64,000 nt of DNA, taken from positions 817,560 through 881,559 of the forward strand of contig OZ244982.1 of the NCBI GenBank assembly GCA_965223115.1, in the 5' to 3' direction. The stretch's first letter is position 1. Each line of letters starts with the position of its first letter. Below are positions 49,708-60,087 of the stretch, one piece after another. The notes beneath the pieces are model-generated. The model made no database searches and was not told the origin of the DNA. It saw only the letters and a program-made list of their open reading frames with translations. Source of the DNA: Gammaproteobacteria bacterium (GTDB taxonomy: Bacteria; Pseudomonadota; Gammaproteobacteria; UBA4575). The translations under genes and the position numbers were made by a program.

Positions 49708-50955
49708 ATGTTCCGTCCCTTAGAGCTATTTGTTGGATTGCGTTATCTGCGTGCTAAACGACGTAATCACTTCATCTCATTTATATCATTCATCTCTGTG
49801 TTTAGTTTGGCGCTAGGTATCATCATGATCTTGGTTGTTTTATCTGTTATGAATGGATTTCAACACGAAATCAAAGATCGTATTCTGAGCATGACTGCAC
49901 ATGCCACTGTACTTGAATTAGATGGGAAGCTGCGAGATTGGGAAAAAGTCGAGCAGGAGCTAGAAGGTAATCCAGATATTAAAGGATTTGCCCCATATGT
50001 TCAGGGTCAAAGCATGGTAGTTAAAGGTAAGCAAGTTACAGGGATCATGATAAGTGGGGTTGATCCTCAACTCGAGGCTAATGTTTCACAAATAGGAGAG
50101 CATTTACTTGATGCCAATTTAGATATTTTGCAACCAGGAAAGTTTGAAATTCTACTGGGTATAGACCTAGCTAATTATTTAGGCGTAGACATAGGTGAAA
50201 AAATAACGGTTATTACACCGGAAGCCACGGTTACTCCTGCTGGGATACTGCCTAAGTTTAGACGTTTTACTGTGGCTGGATTCTATCAGGTAGGTATGCC
50301 TCAGTATGATCGTAATACAGCGGCGATTCATATAGAAGATGCCAAACGCCTGTTTCATTTAGGAGATTCTGTTACCGGCCTGCGTTTAAAACTAGAAAAC
50401 CTTTTTGATGCGCAAAATATTACTAAACAACTCCGAAATCAGCTCGGTGGAGATTACTGGGTGACTGATTGGACGCATCATAATCGTAATTTTTTTCGTG
50501 CCTTAAAAATGGAAAAAACGATGATGTTTATTATCACTTTTATCATAGTTCTGGTTGCGGCATTTAATATTATTTCTATGCTTATTATGGTGGTTACAGA
50601 GAAGCAAAGTGATATTGCCATACTTCGAACCCAAGGTATGACTCCAAGAAGTATTATGGGAATTTTCATTGTACAAGGGACTATGATTGGTTTAGTTGGA
50701 ACTTTGTTAGGGGCACTTGGCGGTGTTTTGCTAGGGCAAAACGTGGGTAATATAGTTGCCGGTATTGAAAATTTACTTGGGATAAAATTTTTGTCATCCG
50801 ATGTATATCCGATTAGCGATTTTCCCTCTCAAGTGATTCCTAGTGATGTAATTATTGTCTGCATAACTGCATTCATTCTCACTGTGTTAGCAACGATATA
50901 TCCTGCTAGGAAAGCTGCACGTACACAGCCAGCTGAAGCTTTACGTTATGAGTAA
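49708..50955 (+). CDS. lolC: Lipoprotein-releasing system permease LolC/LolE
   Basis: 415 aa. MacB-like fold, N-terminal TM, large periplasmic domain, three C-terminal TM helices (FtsX domain). Confidence 0.8.
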   Translation: MFRPLELFVGLRYLRAKRRNHFISFISFISVFSLALGIIMILVVLSVMNGFQHEIKDRILSMTAHATVLELDGKLRDWEKVEQELEGNPDIKGFAPYVQGQSMVVKGKQVTGIMISGVDPQLEANVSQIGEHLLDANLDILQPGKFEILLGIDLANYLGVDIGEKITVITPEATVTPAGILPKFRRFTVAGFYQVGMPQYDRNTAAIHIEDAKRLFHLGDSVTGLRLKLENLFDAQNITKQLRNQLGGDYWVTDWTHHNRNFFRALKMEKTMMFIITFIIVLVAAFNIISMLIMVVTEKQSDIAILRTQGMTPRSIMGIFIVQGTMIGLVGTLLGALGGVLLGQNVGNIVAGIENLLGIKFLSSDVYPISDFPSQVIPSDVIIVCITAFILTVLATIYPARKAARTQPAEALRYE

Positions 50956-50960
50956 TCATT

Positions 50961-51638
50961 ATGACTGAAGTATTGCATTGCCAAGGTTTAACTAAGACTT
51001 TTGATAGTGGACCTTTGCGTGTAGATGTATTAAATGGCGTAAATTTAAATGTTGCCAAAAATAGTAGAGTTGCCATTGTAGGTGCTTCGGGTAGTGGTAA
51101 AAGTACTTTAATGCATATTTTGGGAGGCTTGGATTTACCTAATTCTGGAGTAGTACAGATATGTGGTGAAGACATGTCTACATTGTCAGATGCAGATCGT
51201 GGTCGCCTGCGTAATCGATCAATTGGATTTATTTACCAGTTTCATCACTTATTGCCTGAATTTTCTGCTTTGGAAAATGTTGCCATGCCACTGCTTTTGC
51301 GTGGAGACTCAATAGCAGAGGCAATGCATCATGCAAATGAAATTTTAACAAAAGTGGGCTTAGCTGAACGTGTAAAACATAAGCCTGCAGAGCTTTCAGG
51401 CGGTGAGCGGCAACGCGTAGCTATAGCAAGGGCACTTGTAACAAAGCCCCAACTCATCCTTGCTGATGAGCCTACTGGGAATCTGGATCGAAAAAACGCA
51501 AACCAAGTACATAAGCTTATGTTGGAATTAAACGAGGAATTGGGTACGGCGGTTATACTTGTAACCCATGACTACAGTATTGCCGAATCAATGAAAAATA
51601 TATATATGCTTGAAGATGGTGTGTTAGCAGAACAATAG
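50961..51638 (+). CDS. lolD: Lipoprotein-releasing system ATP-binding protein LolD
   Basis: 225 aa ABC ATPase ([34 protein letters not shown]). Confidence 0.9.
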   Translation: MTEVLHCQGLTKTFDSGPLRVDVLNGVNLNVAKNSRVAIVGASGSGKSTLMHILGGLDLPNSGVVQICGEDMSTLSDADRGRLRNRSIGFIYQFHHLLPEFSALENVAMPLLLRGDSIAEAMHHANEILTKVGLAERVKHKPAELSGGERQRVAIARALVTKPQLILADEPTGNLDRKNANQVHKLMLELNEELGTAVILVTHDYSIAESMKNIYMLEDGVLAEQ

Positions 51639-51639
51639 C

Positions 51640-52176
51640 TTACTTTGAGTTATTGTTTAGTTGCCGTTGTTTGCGTAGCTTTCTACTCCTCCAAAATATA
51701 ACTATGTAAAGCCGCCAAAGTACTCGTGCGGATATAAAACCAATTAACCCAGACAGAGTTCCCATAAACAAGCACCCCATAAGAAAAGGTTGCCATCTCT
51801 CGCGTAACTCTGTAAATAACCAGTTTAGACTTAGCTCAAAATCAAAAGGTCCAGGATAGACATTAGTGAGCCAAGTGCCTACTTTATAGGCAAGAAAAAA
51901 CAGTGGGGGCATCGTTATAGGGTTGGTGATCCATACTAATGCTACTGAGATTGGTAGATTGCAGCGAAATATAATCGCAAGTCCTGCTGCCAGTAGCATT
52001 TGAAACGGAATGGGTATGAATGCGCAAAATAGACCTATTGCGCAGGCTACCGATACCGACCTGCGATTCAAGTGCCATAAATTTTTATCATGAAGGAGTT
52101 CTCCAAAAATTCCTAAGGATTTTTCTTTTTGGATTTTTTGGCTAGGAATGAACTGCTTTAGGAATTTTCGTGGCAT
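51640..52176 (-). CDS. DUF2062-family membrane protein
   Basis: 178 aa, three or four TM helices. This family is frequently adjacent to comEC. Confidence 0.55.
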   Translation of the reverse strand: MPRKFLKQFIPSQKIQKEKSLGIFGELLHDKNLWHLNRRSVSVACAIGLFCAFIPIPFQMLLAAGLAIIFRCNLPISVALVWITNPITMPPLFFLAYKVGTWLTNVYPGPFDFELSLNWLFTELRERWQPFLMGCLFMGTLSGLIGFISARVLWRLYIVIFWRSRKLRKQRQLNNNSK

Positions 52177-52226
52177 GTATAAATGATGGCCATATTAATT
52201 AAAGTTACATATATATATTTATTTAA

Positions 52227-54530
52227 GTGATCAGGTTTTCATTAGCTTTTTTATTTGGAATTCTCATTCTAACAACGTTTCGAGATTTACCACACTGGTT
52301 GTGGGCGGTGTGCGTGATTCCGGCGGTATGTTTTGCTATCAAGTTTCCACGTTACATTGTATTGCTAGGCATTATTATAGGTTTTCTATGGGCGCTTGGT
52401 CATGCTTACTTGAGGCTTTATCCTGAACTGGATCGTTCTCTAGAAGGTGTCGATTTATATGTACAAGGCCTGATTATTTCTATACCTGCTATTCAAGATC
52501 GCAGTATGCGCTTTGAACTCAAAGTAACGAGTGCGACACAAATCGATAATAATGAAAATATCACAATCCCTAATAAGGTTCGCTTGAACTGGTACGGGGA
52601 TTTCCCAGTATTACAAATTGGAGAACAATGGCATCTTCGTGTGCGTTTAAAACGCCCATGGGGTTTTGCTAATCCAGGTGGTTTTGACTATGAGAAATGG
52701 TTATTTGAGCAGGGAATTCGTGCCACAGGATATGTCAGAAACTCGGAGCTAAACCAACGCATAGAAGTTACAAAACTAAGTCAATTATCTCATTTTGTTA
52801 GGGCATGGCTTAATAAGCAGTTTCAGGATGTAGAGCTAGATAAAAATACAGCAGTAATTAAAGCTCTCGTGTTGGGTGAAAAAAATGAAATGAGTGAAAA
52901 AAGGTGGGAGATATTAACTGCAACAGGTACAAATCACTTATTAGCTATTTCAGGATTACACATTAGCTTGGTTTCTGGTTTTGTTTTTTTTATTGTTTTA
53001 CAGTTATGGAAATTAAGCGAAACATTATGTCTGCTTATTGCTGCTCAACGGATAGCGGCAATAGCAGGAATAATAGCGAGTGTGCTGTATGCAATGCTTG
53101 CCGGCTTTGCCATACCTACTCAGCGTGCCGTGGTAATGGTAAGTGTAGTATTACTTGCCATTTATTACTCTAAAACGATACGGCCATGGAATATATTAGC
53201 GATTGCATTGCTCGCTGTCCTTGTTTGGGATCCATTCTCAGTATTATCCCCAGGTTTTTGGTTATCTTTCCTCGCCGTAGCTATAATTTTCTATACGATT
53301 GCGGAAAAACAAGCAAAGCAATCTTGGATTTATCATATAGGTCGGATGCAATTGGTTTTAGCAGTAGGTTTATTGCCTTTAACATTAGTATTATTCCAAC
53401 AAGCTGCTTTGATTGCGCCCATTGCAAATATGTTTGCAGTGCCTTGGGTTAGTTTTGTAGTTGTACCTCTAGTGCTGCTAGGTTCGGGATTACTAATACT
53501 TAGTCAAACTTTATCGGCATGGGTTTTACAAATCGCAGGCTATTCTGTAGATGTCTTTTGGGCAGTCCTTACTTTTTTGTACAAACTTCCAAATGCAAAT
53601 TGGTTTCATGCAGCTCCTGGGTGGGTGCTTATACCAGCTGGTATTGCAATAATATTGCTATTGGCGCCAAGGGGTTGGCCTGCAAAGTTGCTGTGTATTC
53701 CGCTTTTAAGTCCATTAGTATTTGCGCCTGCATCAGAACTGCTAGATGAAGATGAACTTAGAGTAGCTGTTCTTGATGTAGGGCAGGGCTTGGCTGTTGT
53801 TTTAGAACATGATCAATATGTGCTGGTATATGATACAGGACCTAAGTTTAGTAAGAGCTTCAATGCGGGTGAGTCCGTGGTCTTACCCTATTTATTAGAG
53901 CGTGGTATAGATGAAATCGATATGCTAGTTGTAAGCCATGCTGACAAGGATCACGCTGGTGGAGCACAAAGTTTACTATCTAATATTGATGTGAAACGCA
54001 TGGTTACAAGTACACCTTCTAACTATAAGCATGCATTTATGAGCGAATGCAAAGCCGGGATCCGTTGGGAATGGAAAGGTGTGCATTATCAGTTTTTGCA
54101 CCCTGGCAAGGATATGCATGGGCTATCAAAAAATAATGGTTCATGTGTGCTATTGGTACGCCATAGGCAGGGCAGTGTACTGATTACTGGTGATATTGAG
54201 CGACCAATCGAGCGATTTTTAGTAGAAAATAAACCTGATTTGCTTGATACTGATGTCTTAATCGTGCCTCATCATGGAAGCAACTCGTCTTCAACAGCAG
54301 CATTTATACAAACTACATCTCCAGAGTATGCAATATTTACTACGGGCTATCGAAACCCATATGGATTCCCGAATAAAAAAGTAATTGCTCGTTATGAAGA
54401 ATTTGGTAGTGCATTAATGAATACGGCTTCTGAGGGTATGATTACATTTGCATTTTTAAATCAAAATGGCTTGAAATTACATACAGGTTATCGTGAAAAG
54501 CGACGTAGATTTTGGCATTCTAGATTTTAA
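52227..54530 (+). CDS. comEC: DNA internalization-related competence protein ComEC/Rec2
   Basis: 767 aa. N-terminal DUF4131-like region, polytopic competence domain, C-terminal MBL domain (…VVSHADKDHAGG…). Confidence 0.85.
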   Translation: MIRFSLAFLFGILILTTFRDLPHWLWAVCVIPAVCFAIKFPRYIVLLGIIIGFLWALGHAYLRLYPELDRSLEGVDLYVQGLIISIPAIQDRSMRFELKVTSATQIDNNENITIPNKVRLNWYGDFPVLQIGEQWHLRVRLKRPWGFANPGGFDYEKWLFEQGIRATGYVRNSELNQRIEVTKLSQLSHFVRAWLNKQFQDVELDKNTAVIKALVLGEKNEMSEKRWEILTATGTNHLLAISGLHISLVSGFVFFIVLQLWKLSETLCLLIAAQRIAAIAGIIASVLYAMLAGFAIPTQRAVVMVSVVLLAIYYSKTIRPWNILAIALLAVLVWDPFSVLSPGFWLSFLAVAIIFYTIAEKQAKQSWIYHIGRMQLVLAVGLLPLTLVLFQQAALIAPIANMFAVPWVSFVVVPLVLLGSGLLILSQTLSAWVLQIAGYSVDVFWAVLTFLYKLPNANWFHAAPGWVLIPAGIAIILLLAPRGWPAKLLCIPLLSPLVFAPASELLDEDELRVAVLDVGQGLAVVLEHDQYVLVYDTGPKFSKSFNAGESVVLPYLLERGIDEIDMLVVSHADKDHAGGAQSLLSNIDVKRMVTSTPSNYKHAFMSECKAGIRWEWKGVHYQFLHPGKDMHGLSKNNGSCVLLVRHRQGSVLITGDIERPIERFLVENKPDLLDTDVLIVPHHGSNSSSTAAFIQTTSPEYAIFTTGYRNPYGFPNKKVIARYEEFGSALMNTASEGMITFAFLNQNGLKLHTGYREKRRRFWHSRF

Positions 54531-54565
54531 ATAGGATAAGGATATACATTAAGGAGTTCATGTAA

Positions 54566-55180
54566 GTGTATGAAATTATGAAGGCAGGTGGCTGGTTAAT
54601 GCTGCCTATCATTGCATGTTCCATTGTTGCCTTGGCAATCGTATTGGAAAGATTCTGGACACTACAGAAAGAGCGGGTCACGCCTAAATACCTAGCAGCA
54701 AGGATTTGGCAATGGAGTAAAGATGGCAAATTAGATGAAAATCGCATTATGCAAATACGAAAAAGTTCTCCATTGGGTCGAGTACTGGCGTCAGGCCTAA
54801 TTAACCAAAATTATGATAGAGAAGTAATGAAAGAATCCATTGAAGAGACGGGTAGGCATGTTGCGTATGAATTACAACGTTTTCTCAATACACTGGGCAC
54901 TATAGCGGCTATCTCTCCTTTGCTAGGGCTTCTTGGCACCGTAATTGGAATGATTCAAGTTTTTAGTGTTATCACAAGTGTTGGCGTGGGGGATCCAGGA
55001 GAGTTAGCAGGAGGAATATCTAAGGCACTGATCACTACAGCTGCTGGATTGTGTGTAGCGATACCTAGCTTAATTTTTGTGCGTTACTTTAGGAGAAGAG
55101 TAGATGGTTTGGTAGTTGGAATGGAGGAAGAAGCCATAAAACTGGTTGAAGTAATGCATGGACAGCGCAGAGTCGAGTAA
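54566..55180 (+). CDS. exbB: MotA/TolQ/ExbB proton-channel family protein
   Basis: 204 aa, three TM helices, conserved …LGLLGTVIGMI… motif. Confidence 0.8.
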   Translation: MYEIMKAGGWLMLPIIACSIVALAIVLERFWTLQKERVTPKYLAARIWQWSKDGKLDENRIMQIRKSSPLGRVLASGLINQNYDREVMKESIEETGRHVAYELQRFLNTLGTIAAISPLLGLLGTVIGMIQVFSVITSVGVGDPGELAGGISKALITTAAGLCVAIPSLIFVRYFRRRVDGLVVGMEEEAIKLVEVMHGQRRVE

Positions 55181-55182
55181 CG

Positions 55183-55596
55183 ATGAATTTTAACCGTGCT
55201 GAGAGCGATCGTCTTGAGGTAAATCTCACACCACTTATTGATGTGGTGTTTTTGCTACTTATTTTTTTTATGGTAACAACAACTTTTAATCAACAAGCTG
55301 AACTGCGAGTAGATCTACCAGAAGCTAGTTCTAAAGAGCAATCCATAGATGTTGAACCAATTGAAATTACTATTGATAAATCAGGAGTCTATTACATAAA
55401 TGGAGTGGGCCTTGCGAATAATGAGGCAAAGACACTGATGCAGTCTTTGCAAAAGATTGCAAACGAAGATATGGAAAGAGGCGTAATCATCAGTGCAGAC
55501 GCTGCAACCCCACATCAAGCTGTAATTACTGCTATGGATACAGTGGCCAGATTAGGCATTTCTAAAGTATCCATCGCAACTTCAAAACCTAAGTAA
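55183..55596 (+). CDS. exbD: Biopolymer transport protein ExbD/TolR
   Basis: 137 aa. …NLTPLIDVVFLLLIFFMVTT… single TM helix typical of ExbD/TolR. Confidence 0.8.
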   Translation: MNFNRAESDRLEVNLTPLIDVVFLLLIFFMVTTTFNQQAELRVDLPEASSKEQSIDVEPIEITIDKSGVYYINGVGLANNEAKTLMQSLQKIANEDMERGVIISADAATPHQAVITAMDTVARLGISKVSIATSKPK

Positions 55597-55610
55597 TCAT
55601 AAGCTTTAAA

Positions 55611-57383
55611 ATGGCCACACAAGCCTATAAACAAAGTAGCTGGCAAACGTATCGGCGTTTATTAAGCTATACCTTATCAAAGTGGCAGTATCTTTTGCTC
55701 GGTTCGGTTGCACTATTAATATTCTCGGGGCTAGATGCGCTTATTGCATACTTATTAGGACCATTTATAGACAATACCTATGTAGCAAAAAATTACGAAG
55801 AAATTAAGTGGATTCCCATAATTCTACTCGTAGTAATTATTTTTCGTGGCATCGTAAATTTTATTGGTACTTATCTGATTGGCTATATTGGTGCATATGT
55901 AATTAAGGAACTTCGTCAGGAAATGTTTGATCGAGTGCAATATTTCCCAACTAGTTTTTTTGATCAACAAGCTACAGGCGAACTACTGTCTAAGTTTTCG
56001 TATGATGTAGAACGAGTAATCGGTGCTGCAGTAAAAAGTTTGAGAATTTTGGTAGAGGATACAGCTAAGATCATATTTCTGTTAGCTGTAATGTTTATTA
56101 ACAACTGGAAACTTACTTTATTGTTTTTGATTGTGGCCCCTTTAATTGCAGTAGTTGTTGGCTATACAAGTAAATTATTTAGAAAATTTAGTGAACATAT
56201 GCAGAAATCAGTAGGTAAGATTACTCATATTGTTGAAGAAAGTATTACCGGGCATCGAATTGTAAAAATTTTTGGCGGTCAGCGATATGAAATCGATAAA
56301 TTTGAATATGCAAATGAAAAATACCGACGTAATAACCTTAGAAAAGTAATAACCAAAGCAGCAAGTACACCTATAATTCAAATGTTGGTAGGTTTTGTAT
56401 TAGTCGCTGTATTGGCCATAGCGGCAAGACCGGAAATAGCATCAGAAGAATCTGCAGGAGGTTTTGTTAGTTTCATTGTCGCAATGGTATGGATATTAAC
56501 CCCAGCGAGAAAACTAACTTTGGTAAATGAAATACTACAGACAGGCATTGCTGCAGGTCAAAGTGTGTTTGAATTAATTGACACAGAAAAAGAATATGAG
56601 TCATCTACCCAAGCTATTAAGAATTGTAAAGGTAAGATTGAATATCAAAATGTAACATTTAAATATGCTACAAGAAATGATCAGGCATTAAATAATGTTA
56701 GTTTATTGATAGAACCAGGAGAAACAGTCGCATTTGTAGGTAAATCTGGAAGTGGTAAAAGTACAATCGTTAATTTATTACCAAGGTTTTATACAGTTGA
56801 ACAAGGTTCTATATTGATAGATGGAACCGATATTAATGACATTAGTTTACAGTCTTTGCGAGCACAAATGTCTATCGTTAGCCAAGAAGTTGTGCTGTTT
56901 AATGATACCATTGCTAATAATATTGCTTATGCTAGAGATCTAGATGCAAATGATCCTCTTATTTTAAAAGTAGCTAAAGCTGCACGGGTTTTAGAGTTTA
57001 CAGATAAGTTACCAGAAAAATTAAATACGTTAGTAGGCGAGAATGGAGTATTGCTTTCAGGGGGGCAAAGACAACGCATTGCTATTGCAAGGGCATTGTT
57101 AAAAGATGCACCCATCTTAATTTTAGATGAGGCTACTTCTTCATTAGATACCGAGTCTGAAAAATATATTCAGATAGCTTTAGACATACTTCAAGAAAAT
57201 AGAACAACGTTGGTAATAGCACACCGGCTTTCAACGATAGAAAAGGCGGATAGAATCGTTGTTATGGAAAAAGGTAAAATTATAGAAACTGGTAAACATC
57301 ATGAGTTATTGCAGCGTAATAGTGCATATGCAAATTTATATAAAATGCAAATTCATCGACACGACGATGTGGTAAATGCTTAA
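55611..57383 (+). CDS. msbA: Lipid A export ATP-binding/permease protein MsbA
   Basis: 590 aa. Six-TM ABC exporter domain plus NBD ([34 protein letters not shown]). Confidence 0.9.
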   Translation: MATQAYKQSSWQTYRRLLSYTLSKWQYLLLGSVALLIFSGLDALIAYLLGPFIDNTYVAKNYEEIKWIPIILLVVIIFRGIVNFIGTYLIGYIGAYVIKELRQEMFDRVQYFPTSFFDQQATGELLSKFSYDVERVIGAAVKSLRILVEDTAKIIFLLAVMFINNWKLTLLFLIVAPLIAVVVGYTSKLFRKFSEHMQKSVGKITHIVEESITGHRIVKIFGGQRYEIDKFEYANEKYRRNNLRKVITKAASTPIIQMLVGFVLVAVLAIAARPEIASEESAGGFVSFIVAMVWILTPARKLTLVNEILQTGIAAGQSVFELIDTEKEYESSTQAIKNCKGKIEYQNVTFKYATRNDQALNNVSLLIEPGETVAFVGKSGSGKSTIVNLLPRFYTVEQGSILIDGTDINDISLQSLRAQMSIVSQEVVLFNDTIANNIAYARDLDANDPLILKVAKAARVLEFTDKLPEKLNTLVGENGVLLSGGQRQRIAIARALLKDAPILILDEATSSLDTESEKYIQIALDILQENRTTLVIAHRLSTIEKADRIVVMEKGKIIETGKHHELLQRNSAYANLYKMQIHRHDDVVNA

Positions 57384-57411
57384 CTAGAATACTTTATTAG
57401 CATAAATTGAT

Positions 57412-58398
57412 TTGAATATAGATTACGAAAATATTTGGCGTTCAAAAAACTTACTGTCTACCATACTTTTACCATTATCATGGATATTTAGAACAGCTGT
57501 TGTTTTAAGAAGATCCTACTATCGCATAAGAAACTCAAATAATTCATATCTACCCGTATTTGTTATTGTTGTTGGTAATCTCACGGTAGGAGGTACAGGG
57601 AAGACTCCATTTGTAATTTGGCTTGCAAAATATTGTAAGAACAAAGGATTAAATGTGGGCATAGTGACTCGAGGTTATAAGCGAGAAAGTAAACAACATA
57701 TGATAGAAGTACAGCCACAAACTACGCCATCTGAGGTGGGTGATGAAGCTTTGTTGCTAGCATTAAAAACGTCTTGTCCAGTAATTGTTTCCGCAAACCG
57801 TAGACAAGCAGTAGAAACATTAGTGAGTAAATATCAGGTAGAAGTGGTTTTGTCTGATGATGGTTTACAGCATTACAATATGCCTAGAGATAAGGAAATT
57901 GTTATTGTAGACACTGAACAATTATTTGGTAATGGTAGATGTTTGCCAGCAGGACCTTTAAGAGAGCCTGTTAAACGTATAAAATCTTGTGATTTAATTA
58001 TTTATAGTAATTGTGAAAATTCTTCAAATGCAGCATTTAAAATGCAAATCAATGATGCTGTTTCGCTTTCGTCAGATATCGTACGAAAATCAGTAAAAGA
58101 TTTCACCAACTTCACGGTGCATGCAGTTGCAGGTATTGGTAATCCAAGTCGTTTTTTTAATGCATTGCGAGGCGCAGGTATTCAGGTCATAGAACATAGA
58201 TTCCCTGATCATTACACTTATCAAGAGAACGATTTGGAATTTAATGATGCACATCCTATTCTAATGACTGAGAAAGATGCAGTAAAATGTAAGAAATTCA
58301 CGCATAAAGATATTTGGTATGTGCCAGTTTCGCTACTACCTAACGATTTGCTAAGACAAAGTATTTCAACAATTATTGAAGGAATTCAGCATGGATAA
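57412..58398 (+). CDS. lpxK: Tetraacyldisaccharide 4'-kinase
   Basis: 328 aa with …[13 protein letters not shown]… P-loop. Conserved msbA-lpxK order. Confidence 0.85.
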   Translation: MNIDYENIWRSKNLLSTILLPLSWIFRTAVVLRRSYYRIRNSNNSYLPVFVIVVGNLTVGGTGKTPFVIWLAKYCKNKGLNVGIVTRGYKRESKQHMIEVQPQTTPSEVGDEALLLALKTSCPVIVSANRRQAVETLVSKYQVEVVLSDDGLQHYNMPRDKEIVIVDTEQLFGNGRCLPAGPLREPVKRIKSCDLIIYSNCENSSNAAFKMQINDAVSLSSDIVRKSVKDFTNFTVHAVAGIGNPSRFFNALRGAGIQVIEHRFPDHYTYQENDLEFNDAHPILMTEKDAVKCKKFTHKDIWYVPVSLLPNDLLRQSISTIIEGIQHG

Positions 58399-58585
58399 TC
58401 AACTACTTGATATTTTGGTCTGTCCCGTAACCAAAGGGCCGTTAAAATATGACAAAGAACGGCAAGAATTGATTTCTACCTCGGCTCGTCTTGCATATCC
58501 AATTCGAGACGGAATACCTGTTATGCTAGAAGAAGAAGCACGGACGATAGACGAAGAAGAGTATGATAAATACAAAGCGATGTAA
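58391..58585 (+). CDS. ycaR: Trm112/YcaR-family small protein (DUF343)
   Basis: [29 protein letters not shown]…[16 protein letters not shown]. Classic lpxK-ycaR-kdsB arrangement. The ORF track's upstream start at 58376 would overlap lpxK by 23 nt, whereas the ATG at 58391 overlaps it by 8 nt. Confidence 0.7.
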   Translation: MDNQLLDILVCPVTKGPLKYDKERQELISTSARLAYPIRDGIPVMLEEEARTIDEEEYDKYKAM

Positions 58586-58628
58586 GTAAAATTCAGAGAA
58601 TTAAAAATTCTAATTAGTTGATCGTTTT

Positions 58629-59363
58629 GTGGAATTCAAAGTTGTCATCCCAGCTCGCTATGCATCTACACGATTACCTGGTAAAGCACTTTTGCCGGTT
58701 AATGGTAAGCCTATTATCCAGTTTGTGTATGAAAATGCTCTAAACAGCGGTGCACAGCAAGTCATTGTGGCTACGGATGACCAGCGTATTAAAGAAGCTG
58801 CTGAGAAATTTGATGCTGAAGTTTGTTTGACTTCGAGTCAGCATCTATCAGGTACAGATAGAATTGCTGAAGTGGTGCAAATATATTCTTGGCCTGATGG
58901 GGTAGTGATTGTAAATGTGCAAGGTGATGAACCTTTAATGCCTTCAGGAAATATACGTCAAGTCGCAGAAAATCTAATTACACATGATAATATAAGCATG
59001 TCCACTTTATGTGCAAATATAAGTGAAGAAAATTACAAAAATAAAAATGTTGTTAAAGTTAATTATGATAAAAATAATATCGCAATAAATTTTAGTAGAG
59101 ATATACAAACTTTTGATAATGAGTCTATTCAAGGTAAAAAAATATATCGGCATTTGGGAATATACTCATATCATGTTGGATTTTTAAATCTATTTACTCA
59201 ACTTCCACAATCAGTTTCTGAAAAACAAGAGTCACTAGAACAATTGCGAGCATTAGATAATGACTATTTAATCTATGTTGACTTGTGTAAAGAAGAAACA
59301 GGCATTGGTGTGGATACACAAGAGGATTATAAGATTTTGTTAAACACGTTAATAAATCGTTGA
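58629..59363 (+). CDS. kdsB: 3-deoxy-manno-octulosonate cytidylyltransferase (CMP-KDO synthetase)
   Basis: 244 aa. …VVIPARYASTRLPGKAL… N-terminus and …NVQGDEPL… motif. Confidence 0.9.
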   Translation: MEFKVVIPARYASTRLPGKALLPVNGKPIIQFVYENALNSGAQQVIVATDDQRIKEAAEKFDAEVCLTSSQHLSGTDRIAEVVQIYSWPDGVVIVNVQGDEPLMPSGNIRQVAENLITHDNISMSTLCANISEENYKNKNVVKVNYDKNNIAINFSRDIQTFDNESIQGKKIYRHLGIYSYHVGFLNLFTQLPQSVSEKQESLEQLRALDNDYLIYVDLCKEETGIGVDTQEDYKILLNTLINR

Positions 59364-59369
59364 TATGCT

Positions 59370-59963
59370 ATGCAATGGAAGATGAAACGACGTGTTCGTG
59401 CTTATGATGGTCATTTTAAAGTTGATCAATGCATAATACAGCATGAACTTTTTGCTGGTGGGAATAGTGGAGACTTAAAGCGTGAGCGTGTATCCAGACA
59501 AAATTCTGTTGCTGTACTACCCTATGATCCGCATAGAGACGAGGTGGTTTTAATCGAACAATTCCGTGTAGGACCTTTAGAGCAAGATGCGAATCCATGG
59601 TTGGTAGAAGTTATTGCGGGCTTGGTAGAGGAGGGTGAAAGTCTAGAAGAAGTCGCTTATCGTGAAGCTATAGAAGAAGCGGATTGTAAAATTGAAAAGC
59701 TATATCATGTTTCTTCTTTTTACCCATCTCCAGGTGGATTTGCAGAGTTATCACATGTTTATATTGGAAAAACTAATACATCAGGCCTTGGCGGTATTCA
59801 TGGAGCAGTACACGAAGGGGAAGATATACGTGTTTGCGTAGTTTCATCACAACAAGCAGTTGATATGTTAAGTGAAGGAGTAATCCGATCAGCAATACCT
59901 ATGATTGCGCTATATTGTTTTAAAGATCTAAAAGTGGAATTGCAAAAGAAGTGGTTAAGCTAG
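59370..59963 (+). CDS. nudF: Nudix hydrolase, ADP-ribose pyrophosphatase type
   Basis: 197 aa. Nudix box GLVEEGESLEEVAYREAIEEADC. Confidence 0.7.
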   Translation: MQWKMKRRVRAYDGHFKVDQCIIQHELFAGGNSGDLKRERVSRQNSVAVLPYDPHRDEVVLIEQFRVGPLEQDANPWLVEVIAGLVEEGESLEEVAYREAIEEADCKIEKLYHVSSFYPSPGGFAELSHVYIGKTNTSGLGGIHGAVHEGEDIRVCVVSSQQAVDMLSEGVIRSAIPMIALYCFKDLKVELQKKWLS

Positions 59964-60087
59964 TATAAAGCTGATTAGTCAATTACTATGATTTAAATAG
60001 CTTTTTAATTTATTGAAACATATATTTTGACCTAGTCTAACCACCTATATTAAATTGGAGTGATGAAAACGATTAGGTTAGACGTAG

